A stretch of 32,000 nucleotides of DNA from Pseudodesulfovibrio mercurii. GTDB lineage: Bacteria; Desulfobacterota; Desulfovibrionia; Desulfovibrionales; Desulfovibrionaceae. Position 1 is the first letter of the stretch; the number at the start of each line of letters is the position of its first letter. Shown here in pieces: positions 17,816 through 25,696 of this stretch. The translations under genes and the position numbers were made by a program. Location: positions 2,070,001 through 2,102,000 of the forward strand of contig NC_016803.1 of assembly GCF_000189295.2 (NCBI RefSeq), written 5' to 3'. Under the pieces are notes generated by a model. The model had not been told where the DNA came from. It did not search any database and saw nothing but the letters and a program-made list of their open reading frames with translations.

Positions 17816-19824
17816 ACGGACGACTGAGGCTGCGCGCGCTGCTCACCGGGCTCCTCCTCGGCCTGGTTTTGTGCGTCTACACCCCGTACAACAACGCGGT
17901 CCTGGGCGGCGTGCCGCTCGGCGGCGGCCACTTCCCCCTGGCCCCGTTCTTCATCCTGGCCTGGCTCTTCATCCTGGACGCCGGGGTCTCCCGCCTGACC
18001 AAGCGGCCGCCCGTGCTCTCCGGGGTGGAACTGCTGGTCGTCTGGCTGATGATGACCCTGTTCACGGCCGTGGGCTACGCCGGGCTGACCGAGACCTTCT
18101 TCGTCAACATCACCGCGCCCCAGCGCTACGCCAAGGACGCCTACCGCTGGACCGAGGTCCTCGGCCCGCTGCTGCCCGAATCATGGTTCCCGCACTCGGC
18201 CGAGGCCGTTCGCCAGCTCTTCCAGGGGCTCAAGGGCGGCCGGGACATGTCCGCGCTCCAGGTCCTGTCGGCCATCCCCTGGGGCGTCTGGCTGCCGCCG
18301 CTGATCGTCTGGTCCCTGTTCATCCTGGGGGCCTACTTCGTCATGGTCTGCCTGACCGCCCTGTTCGGCCGCCAGTGGGTGGTCAACGAGCGGGTCAACT
18401 TCCCCCTGCTGCGCGTGCCCCTGCTCATGGGCGAGGCCCTGGACCAGCGGCGGCTCTCCTCCTGGTGGACAGACCGCTTCCTGCTCACCGGCCTGATCCT
18501 GGCCGGGGCCCTGCACCTGCTGAACGGCCTGCACTTCTACTATCCGTCCGTGCCCCAGCTGCCCACGCTGGTCCTGGCCGGATCCTATTTCCCCAAGTTC
18601 GGGCTGTTCTCCGGGTTCTACAAGCTGAAGCTCTACTTCATCCCGGCCTTTGTCGGCTTCGCCTTCCTGACCACCCGGCAGATATCCTTCTCCATGTGGT
18701 TCTTCCACCTGGCCGCCGGGCTGCTCTTCGGTCTGCTCTACGTGCTCGGCTGGCAGCTGCCCGAGGCCGCCCTGGGGACCACGCTGGGCCCGGACCTGGC
18801 CCGGCCCGAGGGCGCGCAGACCATCGGGGCCTACGCCGTGTTCTTCATCTTCCTGCTCTGGCTGGCCCGGCATCACCTGAAGGAGACCGTGGGCTGCCTG
18901 ATCCGGCCCTTCAGCAAGGGCGGAGAGCTCCTGCACAAGACCGGCTTCAGCGCGCCGCCCAAGGAGTGGACGCCGCCCGCCTGGCCCCTGATCGGGCTCG
19001 TCCTGGGCATGGCCTTCCTGATCGCCTGGTGCCGCTGGTTCGGCCTGCCCTGGGCCGGGGCCCTGCTCCTGCCGTTCGCCTTCATGCTGGTCATGCTCGT
19101 GGTCAGCCGGCTGGTCTGCCAGGGCGGCCTGCCCTACTTCACCCTGACCGCCGCGCCCTCGGACGGGCTCATGGGGCTGTTCGGCACGGGCGTGCTCGGC
19201 TCGGCGGGCGTGGCCGCCACCGCGATCATGCAGAAGGTTCTGTTCCTGGACGTGCGCGAGGCCGTGGCCCCGACCCTGTTCCACGGGGCCAAGATCCGCG
19301 AGTCCGCCGCGCCGGAGCGGCGCAGCCTGGTCCTCCTGGCCATCGGCATCTCCCTGGTCCTGGCCCTGGCCGCGGCCTTCGCGACCATGCTCTACCTGGG
19401 CCACCGCTACGGCCTGCGCGAGCTGCGCCTGGAGTGGGCCACCCAGACCGTGCTGGCCAACTTCGAGAACGCCCAGCGGCTGGTGGACCAGCCCACCGGC
19501 CCGAACGAGTGGCTGCTGACCTACGCGGGCTTCGGGGCCCTGGTCATGTTCGTGCTCATCTACTGCTACTACAAGCTGCCCTGGTGGCCCCTGCACCCGC
19601 TCGGCTACCTGGCGGCCTATTCCGCGGGCATGAAGATCCTGTGGTGCCCGTTCTTCCTGGGCTGGCTGTGCAACCACCTGGTCCTGCACTACGGGGGCAC
19701 CCGGCTCTACAACAAGGTCCGCTTCCTGTTCATCGGCCTGATCCTCGGCGATTTCCTCATGGGCGGCGTGTACGCCGTCATCGGCATGTTCTCCAACCAG
19801 GCGTACAGCGTCTTTCCCCTGTAG
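17812..19824 (+). CDS. Polytopic integral membrane protein (670 aa), uncharacterised, OPT-superfamily-like
   Basis: Its ATG overlaps the stop of the preceding gene (ATGA at 17812-17815). Many hydrophobic segments are present. Motifs are NERVNFPL (nt 18388-18408) and a C-terminal LHYGGTRLYNKVRFLFIGLILGDFLMGG. This is the in-frame internal Met of ORF 17128-19824. Confidence 0.8.
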   Translation: MNGRLRLRALLTGLLLGLVLCVYTPYNNAVLGGVPLGGGHFPLAPFFILAWLFILDAGVSRLTKRPPVLSGVELLVVWLMMTLFTAVGYAGLTETFFVNITAPQRYAKDAYRWTEVLGPLLPESWFPHSAEAVRQLFQGLKGGRDMSALQVLSAIPWGVWLPPLIVWSLFILGAYFVMVCLTALFGRQWVVNERVNFPLLRVPLLMGEALDQRRLSSWWTDRFLLTGLILAGALHLLNGLHFYYPSVPQLPTLVLAGSYFPKFGLFSGFYKLKLYFIPAFVGFAFLTTRQISFSMWFFHLAAGLLFGLLYVLGWQLPEAALGTTLGPDLARPEGAQTIGAYAVFFIFLLWLARHHLKETVGCLIRPFSKGGELLHKTGFSAPPKEWTPPAWPLIGLVLGMAFLIAWCRWFGLPWAGALLLPFAFMLVMLVVSRLVCQGGLPYFTLTAAPSDGLMGLFGTGVLGSAGVAATAIMQKVLFLDVREAVAPTLFHGAKIRESAAPERRSLVLLAIGISLVLALAAAFATMLYLGHRYGLRELRLEWATQTVLANFENAQRLVDQPTGPNEWLLTYAGFGALVMFVLIYCYYKLPWWPLHPLGYLAAYSAGMKILWCPFFLGWLCNHLVLHYGGTRLYNKVRFLFIGLILGDFLMGGVYAVIGMFSNQAYSVFPL

Positions 19825-19836
19825 ACGGAAGTGTCC

Positions 19837-20619
19837 ATGCGACTGCTCCTCAAGATACTCCCCCTCTCCCTCATCCTGCTCCTCGCCGAGGGCGCGGGGG
19901 CCATGCCGGGCCAGGCCGGGGAGGCACCCGCACCCGTCAAACTGGTCATGTTCATCGCCCACGCCGACGTGCCGCCCTATTACCTGGAAACGGCCGACGG
20001 ACAGGGGAGGGGCATCCTCATGGACGTGCTCCGGGCCGTGGCCGGACCGCTGGGCTACGAGGCCGTCCCCCGGCGGCTGCCCGACAAGCGGGGCTGGCAC
20101 ATGCTCGAATACGGCGGGGTGGACGTCTACGCCACGGCCAGGGAGTGGATTCCCGAGCCGGACCGCTTCCTGTGGACCGGGACCTTCATGCCCAACGAGG
20201 ACGTGCTCCTCTACCGCGCGGGCAGCGCCTTCGCCTACGACGGGCCCGAATCCCTCCACGGCATGCGCGTGGCGGGCATCAAGGGGTTCGTCTACCCGGC
20301 CCTGGAATCCCACTTCGGGCCGGGCGGGATCATCCGCCTGGACACGACCACCCCCGAGGCCCTGCTGGAGCTGCTGGCCCTGGGCCGGGCCGACGCCGTG
20401 CTGGTCAACCGCACGGAGATATTGTGGATGTTCAGAAACCGCGAAGGCCTTGAGCCCCATCGCTTCCGCATGGACGAGACCCCGGTGGGCCGGGCCCACT
20501 ACCGCTTCGTCTTTCCAAAGGGGCGGGGCTGGGAACCCGTCATCGACCTGTTCAACCGCCGTCTTCGGGAGATGAAGCGGGACGGCAGCCTCAAGGCCAT
20601 ACTCGACCGATACCGTTAA
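19837..20619 (+). CDS. Periplasmic substrate-binding protein, family 3 (amino-acid-type SBP fold)
   Basis: Signal peptide is MRLLLKILPLSLILLLAEGAGA. The body is SBP_bac_3-like (PPYY..G.GILMDVL, GRADAVLVNRTE, LREMKRDGSLKAILDRY). ATG 19837 has GGAAG 6 nt upstream. The track ORF starts at the GTG at 19831. Confidence 0.8.
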   Translation: MRLLLKILPLSLILLLAEGAGAMPGQAGEAPAPVKLVMFIAHADVPPYYLETADGQGRGILMDVLRAVAGPLGYEAVPRRLPDKRGWHMLEYGGVDVYATAREWIPEPDRFLWTGTFMPNEDVLLYRAGSAFAYDGPESLHGMRVAGIKGFVYPALESHFGPGGIIRLDTTTPEALLELLALGRADAVLVNRTEILWMFRNREGLEPHRFRMDETPVGRAHYRFVFPKGRGWEPVIDLFNRRLREMKRDGSLKAILDRYR

Positions 20620-20643
20620 GCCGGAGACGCCGGAGCGAGACTC

Positions 20644-22599
20644 ATGTACGACGACAAGGAACTGCAAGAATACCGGGACCTGCTGAAACCGCCCGACAAG
20701 TTCGAGGAGGGGTTCGACTGGAAGACCATCGTGGGAGCCGTGTTCATCGGCTTCCTGATGATGCCCGGCTCCATGTACCTCCAGCTGGTCATCGGCCAGG
20801 GCATCGGCCCGGCCGCCCGCTGGGTGACCATCATCCTCTTCGCCGAGATCGCCAAGCGCTCCTACACCCACTTGAAGGAACAGGAGATATTCCTGCTCTA
20901 CTACATGGCGGGCGCGGCCCTGGCCTCACCCTTCCAGGGGCTTCTCTGGAACCAGTACCTGGTCCAGTCCGACGCGGCGCGCATGCTCGGCCTGACCGAG
21001 TTCATCCCCCACTGGGTGGCCCCGGCCCTGGGCTCCGGCTCCTACCTGGAGCGGACCTTCATGCACCGCGACTGGCTCATCCCCATCCTGCTGCTCATCG
21101 GGGCGCAGCTGGTCCAGCGCATCGACCACTTCGGCCTGGGCTACTCCCTCTACCGGCTCACCTCGGACGTGGAGAAGCTGCCCTTCCCCATGGCCCCGGT
21201 TGGCGCGCTCGGCACCATGGCCCTGGCCGAGTCCACCGAGGACAAGAAGACCGGCTGGAAGTGGCGGGTCTTCTCCATCGGCGGGGTCATCGGCCTGGCC
21301 TTCGGCTTCTTCTACGTGCTCCTGCCCGCCCTGTCCGGGCTGCTCTTCACCGAGCCCATCCGTCTCATCCCCATTCCGTGGATCGAGCTGACCCAGTACA
21401 CCGAGAACGCCCTGCCCGCCGTGGCCACGGGCATCCAGTTCGACCTCGGCCTGGTCTTCCTCGGCATGGTCCTGCCGTTCTGGGCCGTCATCGGCGGCCT
21501 GGTCGGCCTGATCGTGACCATCGTGGCCAACCCGATCCTCTACGCCCACGGCATCCTGCACCGCTGGCATCCCGGCATGGCCACCGTGGAGACGGTCTTC
21601 GCCAACAATTTCGACTTCTACATGAGCTTCGGCATCGGGCTGGGCCTGGCCATCGGCGCGGTGGGCGTCTACCATGTGGTCCGGTCCTTCCGGAGCGCCA
21701 GCGGCGGGCTCGACTTCTCGGCCCTGTTCAACCCGCCCCAGGGACGCGGGGACATCAACTTCTGGGTGTCCATCGGCATCTACGTCTTCTCCACCCTGTG
21801 CTACATCGGGTTCTGCCTGTGGCTGGTGCCGAGCTTCCCGTGGATCTTCTTCGTCCTCTACGGCTTTATCTACACCCCGGTCATCTCGTACATCTCCGCG
21901 CGCATGGAGGGCGTGGCCGGGCAGTTCGTGGCCCTGCCCATGGTCCGCGAGTTCTCGTTCATCGCCGGGGCCAAGTTCTTCGGCTACCACGGGCTCGAGA
22001 TATGGTACGCGCCCATCCCGTTCCACAACTACGGCGAGGCCACGGTCCAGTTCCGCCAGATCGAGCTGACCGGCACCAGCCTGCGCGGGATCATCAAGGC
22101 CGAGATCCTGGTCTTCCCCATCGTCATGGTCTCCTCCCTGTTCTTCTCCCAGTTCCTCTGGCAACTGGCGCCCATCCCCTCGCCCGAGTACCCCTTCGCC
22201 CAGGAGCTGTGGCACCTCCAGGCCCTGAACACCCTGCTCCTCCAGACCTCCACCCTGGACGGCAACTCCCTGTTCTTCGAAGCGTTGTCCGGCCCGGTGG
22301 TCCTGTCCGGCCTGGGCCTCGGGCTGATCCTCTACTCGGTCCTCAACGTCCTGGGACTGCCCGTGCTCCTGGTCTACGGCGTGGTCCGGGGGCTCGGCCA
22401 GTCCACGCCCCACGGCATGCTCCTCGAGGTCATCGGCGGCCTGCTCGGGCGCTTCTATTTCCTGAAAAAATACGGGACCAAGTGGCGCCACTACGCCCCG
22501 GTCCTGCTGGCCGGCTTCTCCTGCGGCATGGGCCTGACCGGCATGTTCGCCATGGGCTGCACATTGATCATGAAGTCCCTCGGCCGACTGGCTTACTAG
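20644..22599 (+). CDS. Polytopic integral membrane protein (651 aa), uncharacterised, OPT-superfamily-like; distant paralogue of 17812-19824
   Basis: Many TM segments are present. The EKLPFPM motif (nt 21172-21192) parallels ERVNFPL in the 670-aa protein. The C-terminal LKKYGTKWRHYAPVLLAGFSCGMGLTG parallels its HYGGTRLY...GLILGDFLMGG. A GGAG RBS is present. Confidence 0.8.
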   Translation: MYDDKELQEYRDLLKPPDKFEEGFDWKTIVGAVFIGFLMMPGSMYLQLVIGQGIGPAARWVTIILFAEIAKRSYTHLKEQEIFLLYYMAGAALASPFQGLLWNQYLVQSDAARMLGLTEFIPHWVAPALGSGSYLERTFMHRDWLIPILLLIGAQLVQRIDHFGLGYSLYRLTSDVEKLPFPMAPVGALGTMALAESTEDKKTGWKWRVFSIGGVIGLAFGFFYVLLPALSGLLFTEPIRLIPIPWIELTQYTENALPAVATGIQFDLGLVFLGMVLPFWAVIGGLVGLIVTIVANPILYAHGILHRWHPGMATVETVFANNFDFYMSFGIGLGLAIGAVGVYHVVRSFRSASGGLDFSALFNPPQGRGDINFWVSIGIYVFSTLCYIGFCLWLVPSFPWIFFVLYGFIYTPVISYISARMEGVAGQFVALPMVREFSFIAGAKFFGYHGLEIWYAPIPFHNYGEATVQFRQIELTGTSLRGIIKAEILVFPIVMVSSLFFSQFLWQLAPIPSPEYPFAQELWHLQALNTLLLQTSTLDGNSLFFEALSGPVVLSGLGLGLILYSVLNVLGLPVLLVYGVVRGLGQSTPHGMLLEVIGGLLGRFYFLKKYGTKWRHYAPVLLAGFSCGMGLTGMFAMGCTLIMKSLGRLAY

Positions 22600-22690
22600 C
22601 AGGCCCAGCATCGTAGCGAGGAGCCGCAGGCTCCGAGGCTCTCAGCAAGGAAGAACCAGCCCGCCCTCCCGCGTCCCTGGCGGCCCCTTC

Positions 22691-23130
22691 CCCCACGCCC
22701 CTTGGAGCGATTCGGGTGCCCCCGGCACCCGACCGCGGTTCTTTGTCCCGCACCCCGGCACGCCCCCCCGCGTCCCGCCGCACCTCTTGCCCACGCCGAA
22801 CCAGCCCTGGAGGGGGCGCGTAGAAGCCGACCGCGAAGGGCGGCGGCTCTTGTCCCGCCGAGACTCGGTCTTCCCCCAAAGGGGCCATTCCGCTCCGGGA
22901 GCAGGCCGATACCTTTCCTTGGATGGAGCCGCCCCGAGCGGATCGGATTCTTGCGCCCCCTCCCCGGGCGGCCGCGCCCCCTCCAGGGCCCTTTTTTTCG
23001 TCCATTTTTTTGGGCCAGCAAAAAAATGGACCCCGCCGGGAGGGCATGGAGGCTGAGGCGGTGCAACCGCCTCACTGGCTCTCGGAGGGAGGAGCGCAGC
23101 TCCCTCCCGGCTCTCCGCGCCGATGGCGCG
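22691..23130. repeat. Copy B of the ~430-440 bp hairpin-rich non-coding repeat (direct repeat of 6851-7296)
   Basis: It shares the exact blocks listed for copy A. It contains a perfect hairpin TCCATTTTTTT-GGGCCAGC-AAAAAAATGGA (23001-23030) and GAGGCGGT-GCA-ACCGCCTC (23055-23073). It is bracketed by near-identical agcgaggagccgcaggctcc modules at 22614-22634 and 23138-23157. Confidence 0.8.
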
Positions 23131-23175
23131 TTCCCGGAGCGAGGAGCCGCAGGCTCCAACGCGGCTCTCCGCGAA

Positions 23176-23227
23176 GCAGGCGCGGTCTTCAGTGGCGCGG
23201 TGCAGGCGCGGTCTTCAGCGGCGCGGC
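23176..23227. repeat. Two tandem 26-bp units (gcaggcgcggtcttcagYggcgcggY)
   Basis: Read directly: 23176-23201 and 23202-23227 differ at 2 positions. Confidence 0.75.
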
Positions 23228-23384
23228 TGCAAGCCGCAATCCCCCCCCCACGCCCGCCAGAGGCAAAATAACGCCAACCCCCGACAACTTGACGCCATTT
23301 TGCAAAGGGGCCTTGTTCTTTCCCTTGCGAGCGGGTAATTTGTGCCCGGCATAACGGTACAAGGAACCCAATACGGAGATCAGA

Positions 23385-24761
23385 ATGCCCGAAACCAAGA
23401 CCACCGCCCTGGTGCTCGCCGCAGGCAAGGGAACGCGCATGCGCTCGGCCAGGGCCAAGGTGCTGCAGACCCTGCTCAACGAGCCCATGCTCTTCTACGT
23501 GTACGAGGCCCTTGCGCCCATCGTGCGGGACGACGTCCTGACCGTGGTCGGCCACGACGCCGACAGCGTGGCCGCGGCCTTCCCGGCCATGGCCGACCGT
23601 TTCGTCATGCAGGCGGAACAGCTCGGCACGGGCCACGCCCTCCAGGTGGCCTGGGAGGCGGTCGAGAAGACCGGGGCCACCCACTGCCTGGTCATCAACG
23701 GCGACACCCCGCTGGTCACGGTGGAGGCCCTGGAACGGCTGATGACCGCCCGCGAGGGCTGCGACCTGGCCTTCATGACCATCACCCCGCGCGACACCGG
23801 GGCCTTCGGCCGGGTGGTCCGCGACCGGGAGCGGCTGGTCCGCGCCATCGTCGAGGCCAAGGACTACGATTTCTCCCAGCACGGCCCGGTCACGGGCGAG
23901 GTCAACGCGGGCATCTACCTGCTCAAGGTCGCAACCATCGGCCCCCTGCTCGAAAAGCTCGAAAACGCCAACAAGTCCGGCGAATACTACATCACCGACC
24001 TGGTCGGTCTGGCCGTGGACCAGGGGCTGTGCGTGGAGGGCGTCCAGGCGGGCAACGACGTCTCGCTCATGGGCATCAACTCCCCGCGCGAGCTGATCGC
24101 GGCCGAGTCCACCCTGCGGGCGCGCATCGTGGACGAACTCATCGATCGGGGCGTGCTCATCCACAACCCCGGCACCGTGATCATCGGGCCCAGGGTCGAG
24201 ATCGAGCCCGGCGCCGAGATCTTCGGCCACTGCGAGATCTACGGGGCGTCCAGGGTGGCCGCCGGGGCCCGGCTCGGCTCGTACAACCACATCACCGACG
24301 CGACCTTCGCGCCCGGCTGCGTGGTCCGCGAGTTCAACCACATCGAAAAGGCCGCCGTGGGCGAGGGGGCGACCGTGGGTCCGTACTCCCGGCTGCGGCC
24401 CGGCGCGCGGCTCGAAAAGAACGCCCGCATCGGTAATTTCGTGGAGATGAAGAAGGCGGTCCTGGGCGAAGGGGCCAAGGCCAGTCACCTGACCTACCTG
24501 GGCGACGCCGAGGTCGGGGCCGGGGCCAACATCGGGGCCGGGACCATCACCTGCAACTACGACGGGAAGAACAAATTCACGACCAGGATCGGCGCGGGGG
24601 CGTTCATCGGCTCCAACACCGCCCTGGTCGCCCCGGTGAGCGTGGGCGACAACGCCCTGATCGGGGCGGGGTCCACCATTACCAAGGACGTGCCGGACAA
24701 CCAGACCGGCATCGCCAGGGGCAAGCAGGTCAACCTCAGACGGAGCCTGAAGAAAAACTAG
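23385..24761 (+). CDS. glmU: Bifunctional UDP-N-acetylglucosamine diphosphorylase / glucosamine-1-phosphate N-acetyltransferase GlmU
   Basis: The N-terminus carries LVLAAGKGTRMRS and the C-terminal half has left-handed beta-helix hexapeptide repeats. It is 458 aa. RBS GGAGA lies 7 nt upstream. Confidence 0.95.
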   Translation: MPETKTTALVLAAGKGTRMRSARAKVLQTLLNEPMLFYVYEALAPIVRDDVLTVVGHDADSVAAAFPAMADRFVMQAEQLGTGHALQVAWEAVEKTGATHCLVINGDTPLVTVEALERLMTAREGCDLAFMTITPRDTGAFGRVVRDRERLVRAIVEAKDYDFSQHGPVTGEVNAGIYLLKVATIGPLLEKLENANKSGEYYITDLVGLAVDQGLCVEGVQAGNDVSLMGINSPRELIAAESTLRARIVDELIDRGVLIHNPGTVIIGPRVEIEPGAEIFGHCEIYGASRVAAGARLGSYNHITDATFAPGCVVREFNHIEKAAVGEGATVGPYSRLRPGARLEKNARIGNFVEMKKAVLGEGAKASHLTYLGDAEVGAGANIGAGTITCNYDGKNKFTTRIGAGAFIGSNTALVAPVSVGDNALIGAGSTITKDVPDNQTGIARGKQVNLRRSLKKN

Positions 24762-24838
24762 GGATGTGGTGGAAAACCCTTTAAATAACTGTGGAAAGAA
24801 ATCTTGCCTTGGACCCGAAAAAAGCATAGATAAAAGAT

Positions 24839-25015
24839 ATGGAATTAGTTGCCAAGCTTGAAGAGCGTTTCAACGGATTATTGAATAAAATTGCGGAACT
24901 GAAAGAAGAAAATCAGCGCTTGAAGGAGGAGGCCGAGTCCGAGAGGCAGTTGCGCCAGGACATCGAAGCCCGTATCAACACGCTGCTCGAGAAGATTCAG
25001 AACGAGCTGGAATGA
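24839..25015 (+). CDS. zapB: Small coiled-coil protein, ZapB-like cell-division factor (58 aa)
   Basis: It is missing from the ORF track, which lists nothing shorter than 60 aa. My own translation is MELVAKLEERFNGLLNKIAELKEENQRLKEEAESERQLRQDIEARINTLLEKIQNELE*. It has heptad-like coiled-coil character, lies immediately upstream of zapA, and has no SD. Confidence 0.65.
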   Translation: MELVAKLEERFNGLLNKIAELKEENQRLKEEAESERQLRQDIEARINTLLEKIQNELE

Positions 25016-25027
25016 TAGTGGGTTACG

Positions 25028-25297
25028 ATGCCTCGCTACACGCTGACCCTGCTGGGACTCGAGATATCCTTCAAGACGGATGCGGACAATGTCCGCATCG
25101 AGGCCGCCCAGGCGTTTATCGAGAACAAGCACAAGGAGCTTGTTGCCGGAGCTGGTGACATCAGCAAGGAAAAGCTGCTCACCTATCTGCTCCTGAGCCT
25201 GGCGGACGATTATCTGGTCGCCGAGGCCAAGCTGAGGCGGCTGGAAGGGAAGATCGGAGAGATTTTGGAAAAGACCTCAACGGACCCGGGCCGATAA
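25028..25297 (+). CDS. zapA: Cell division protein ZapA
   Basis: The 89-aa protein LTLLGLEISFKTDADNVRIEAAQAFIENKHKEL...LLTYLLLSLADDYL matches the ZapA pattern (short N-terminal domain plus coiled coil). Confidence 0.85.
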   Translation: MPRYTLTLLGLEISFKTDADNVRIEAAQAFIENKHKELVAGAGDISKEKLLTYLLLSLADDYLVAEAKLRRLEGKIGEILEKTSTDPGR

Positions 25298-25321
25298 CTG
25301 GACGGGACCGAGGTCGGCAAG

Positions 25322-25508
25322 GAATTACCCTGGGGCGTGCGTGATTGCCCGGAGTGTTATTGAGCCAATGCTCTGAAAAAGGGCGACGACTTCAGCGTGC
25401 TGGTGAGCAGGCCCGGTCCGACCGGGAAGCCTGAAGGCGCGCGAGCCAAGCCCACCTGGACATGCCAGGTTCAAAACATACAGGCAACACGGCTTCCCGG
25501 GGATTTAA
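25322..25508 (+). ncRNA. ssrS: 6S RNA (SsrS); boundaries approximate (+/- ~15 nt)
   Basis: GGUGAGCAGGCCCGGUCCGACCGGGAAGCCUGAAGG closely parallels E. coli 6S GGUGAGCAUGCUCGGUCCGUCCGAGAAGCCUUAAAA (from memory). CCAGGUUCAAAACAUACAGGC parallels CCAAGGGUUCAAGGGUUACAGCC. The 5' CCCUGGGGCGUG can pair with the 3' CACGGCUUCCCGGGG as a closing stem, and CUUCAG/CUGAAG pair internally. It lies directly downstream of zapA, the classic 6S position. Confidence 0.8.
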
Positions 25509-25696
25509 ACCTCCGCCTGACCGGCCATGACCGGCGTTTTCAGGCGGCGATATATACCCTACAGCCATATCCGAAACCACCCTCCTCTCTTCTCTTCAGA
25601 GCAGAGTGCGTCTTGTCGCGCGCTCTTCAAGTCACGGCTCGGCGGAAACAGGCCGCCTGATTGAAAAGCCTGTTAACATAAATAAGGAGCAACCGA

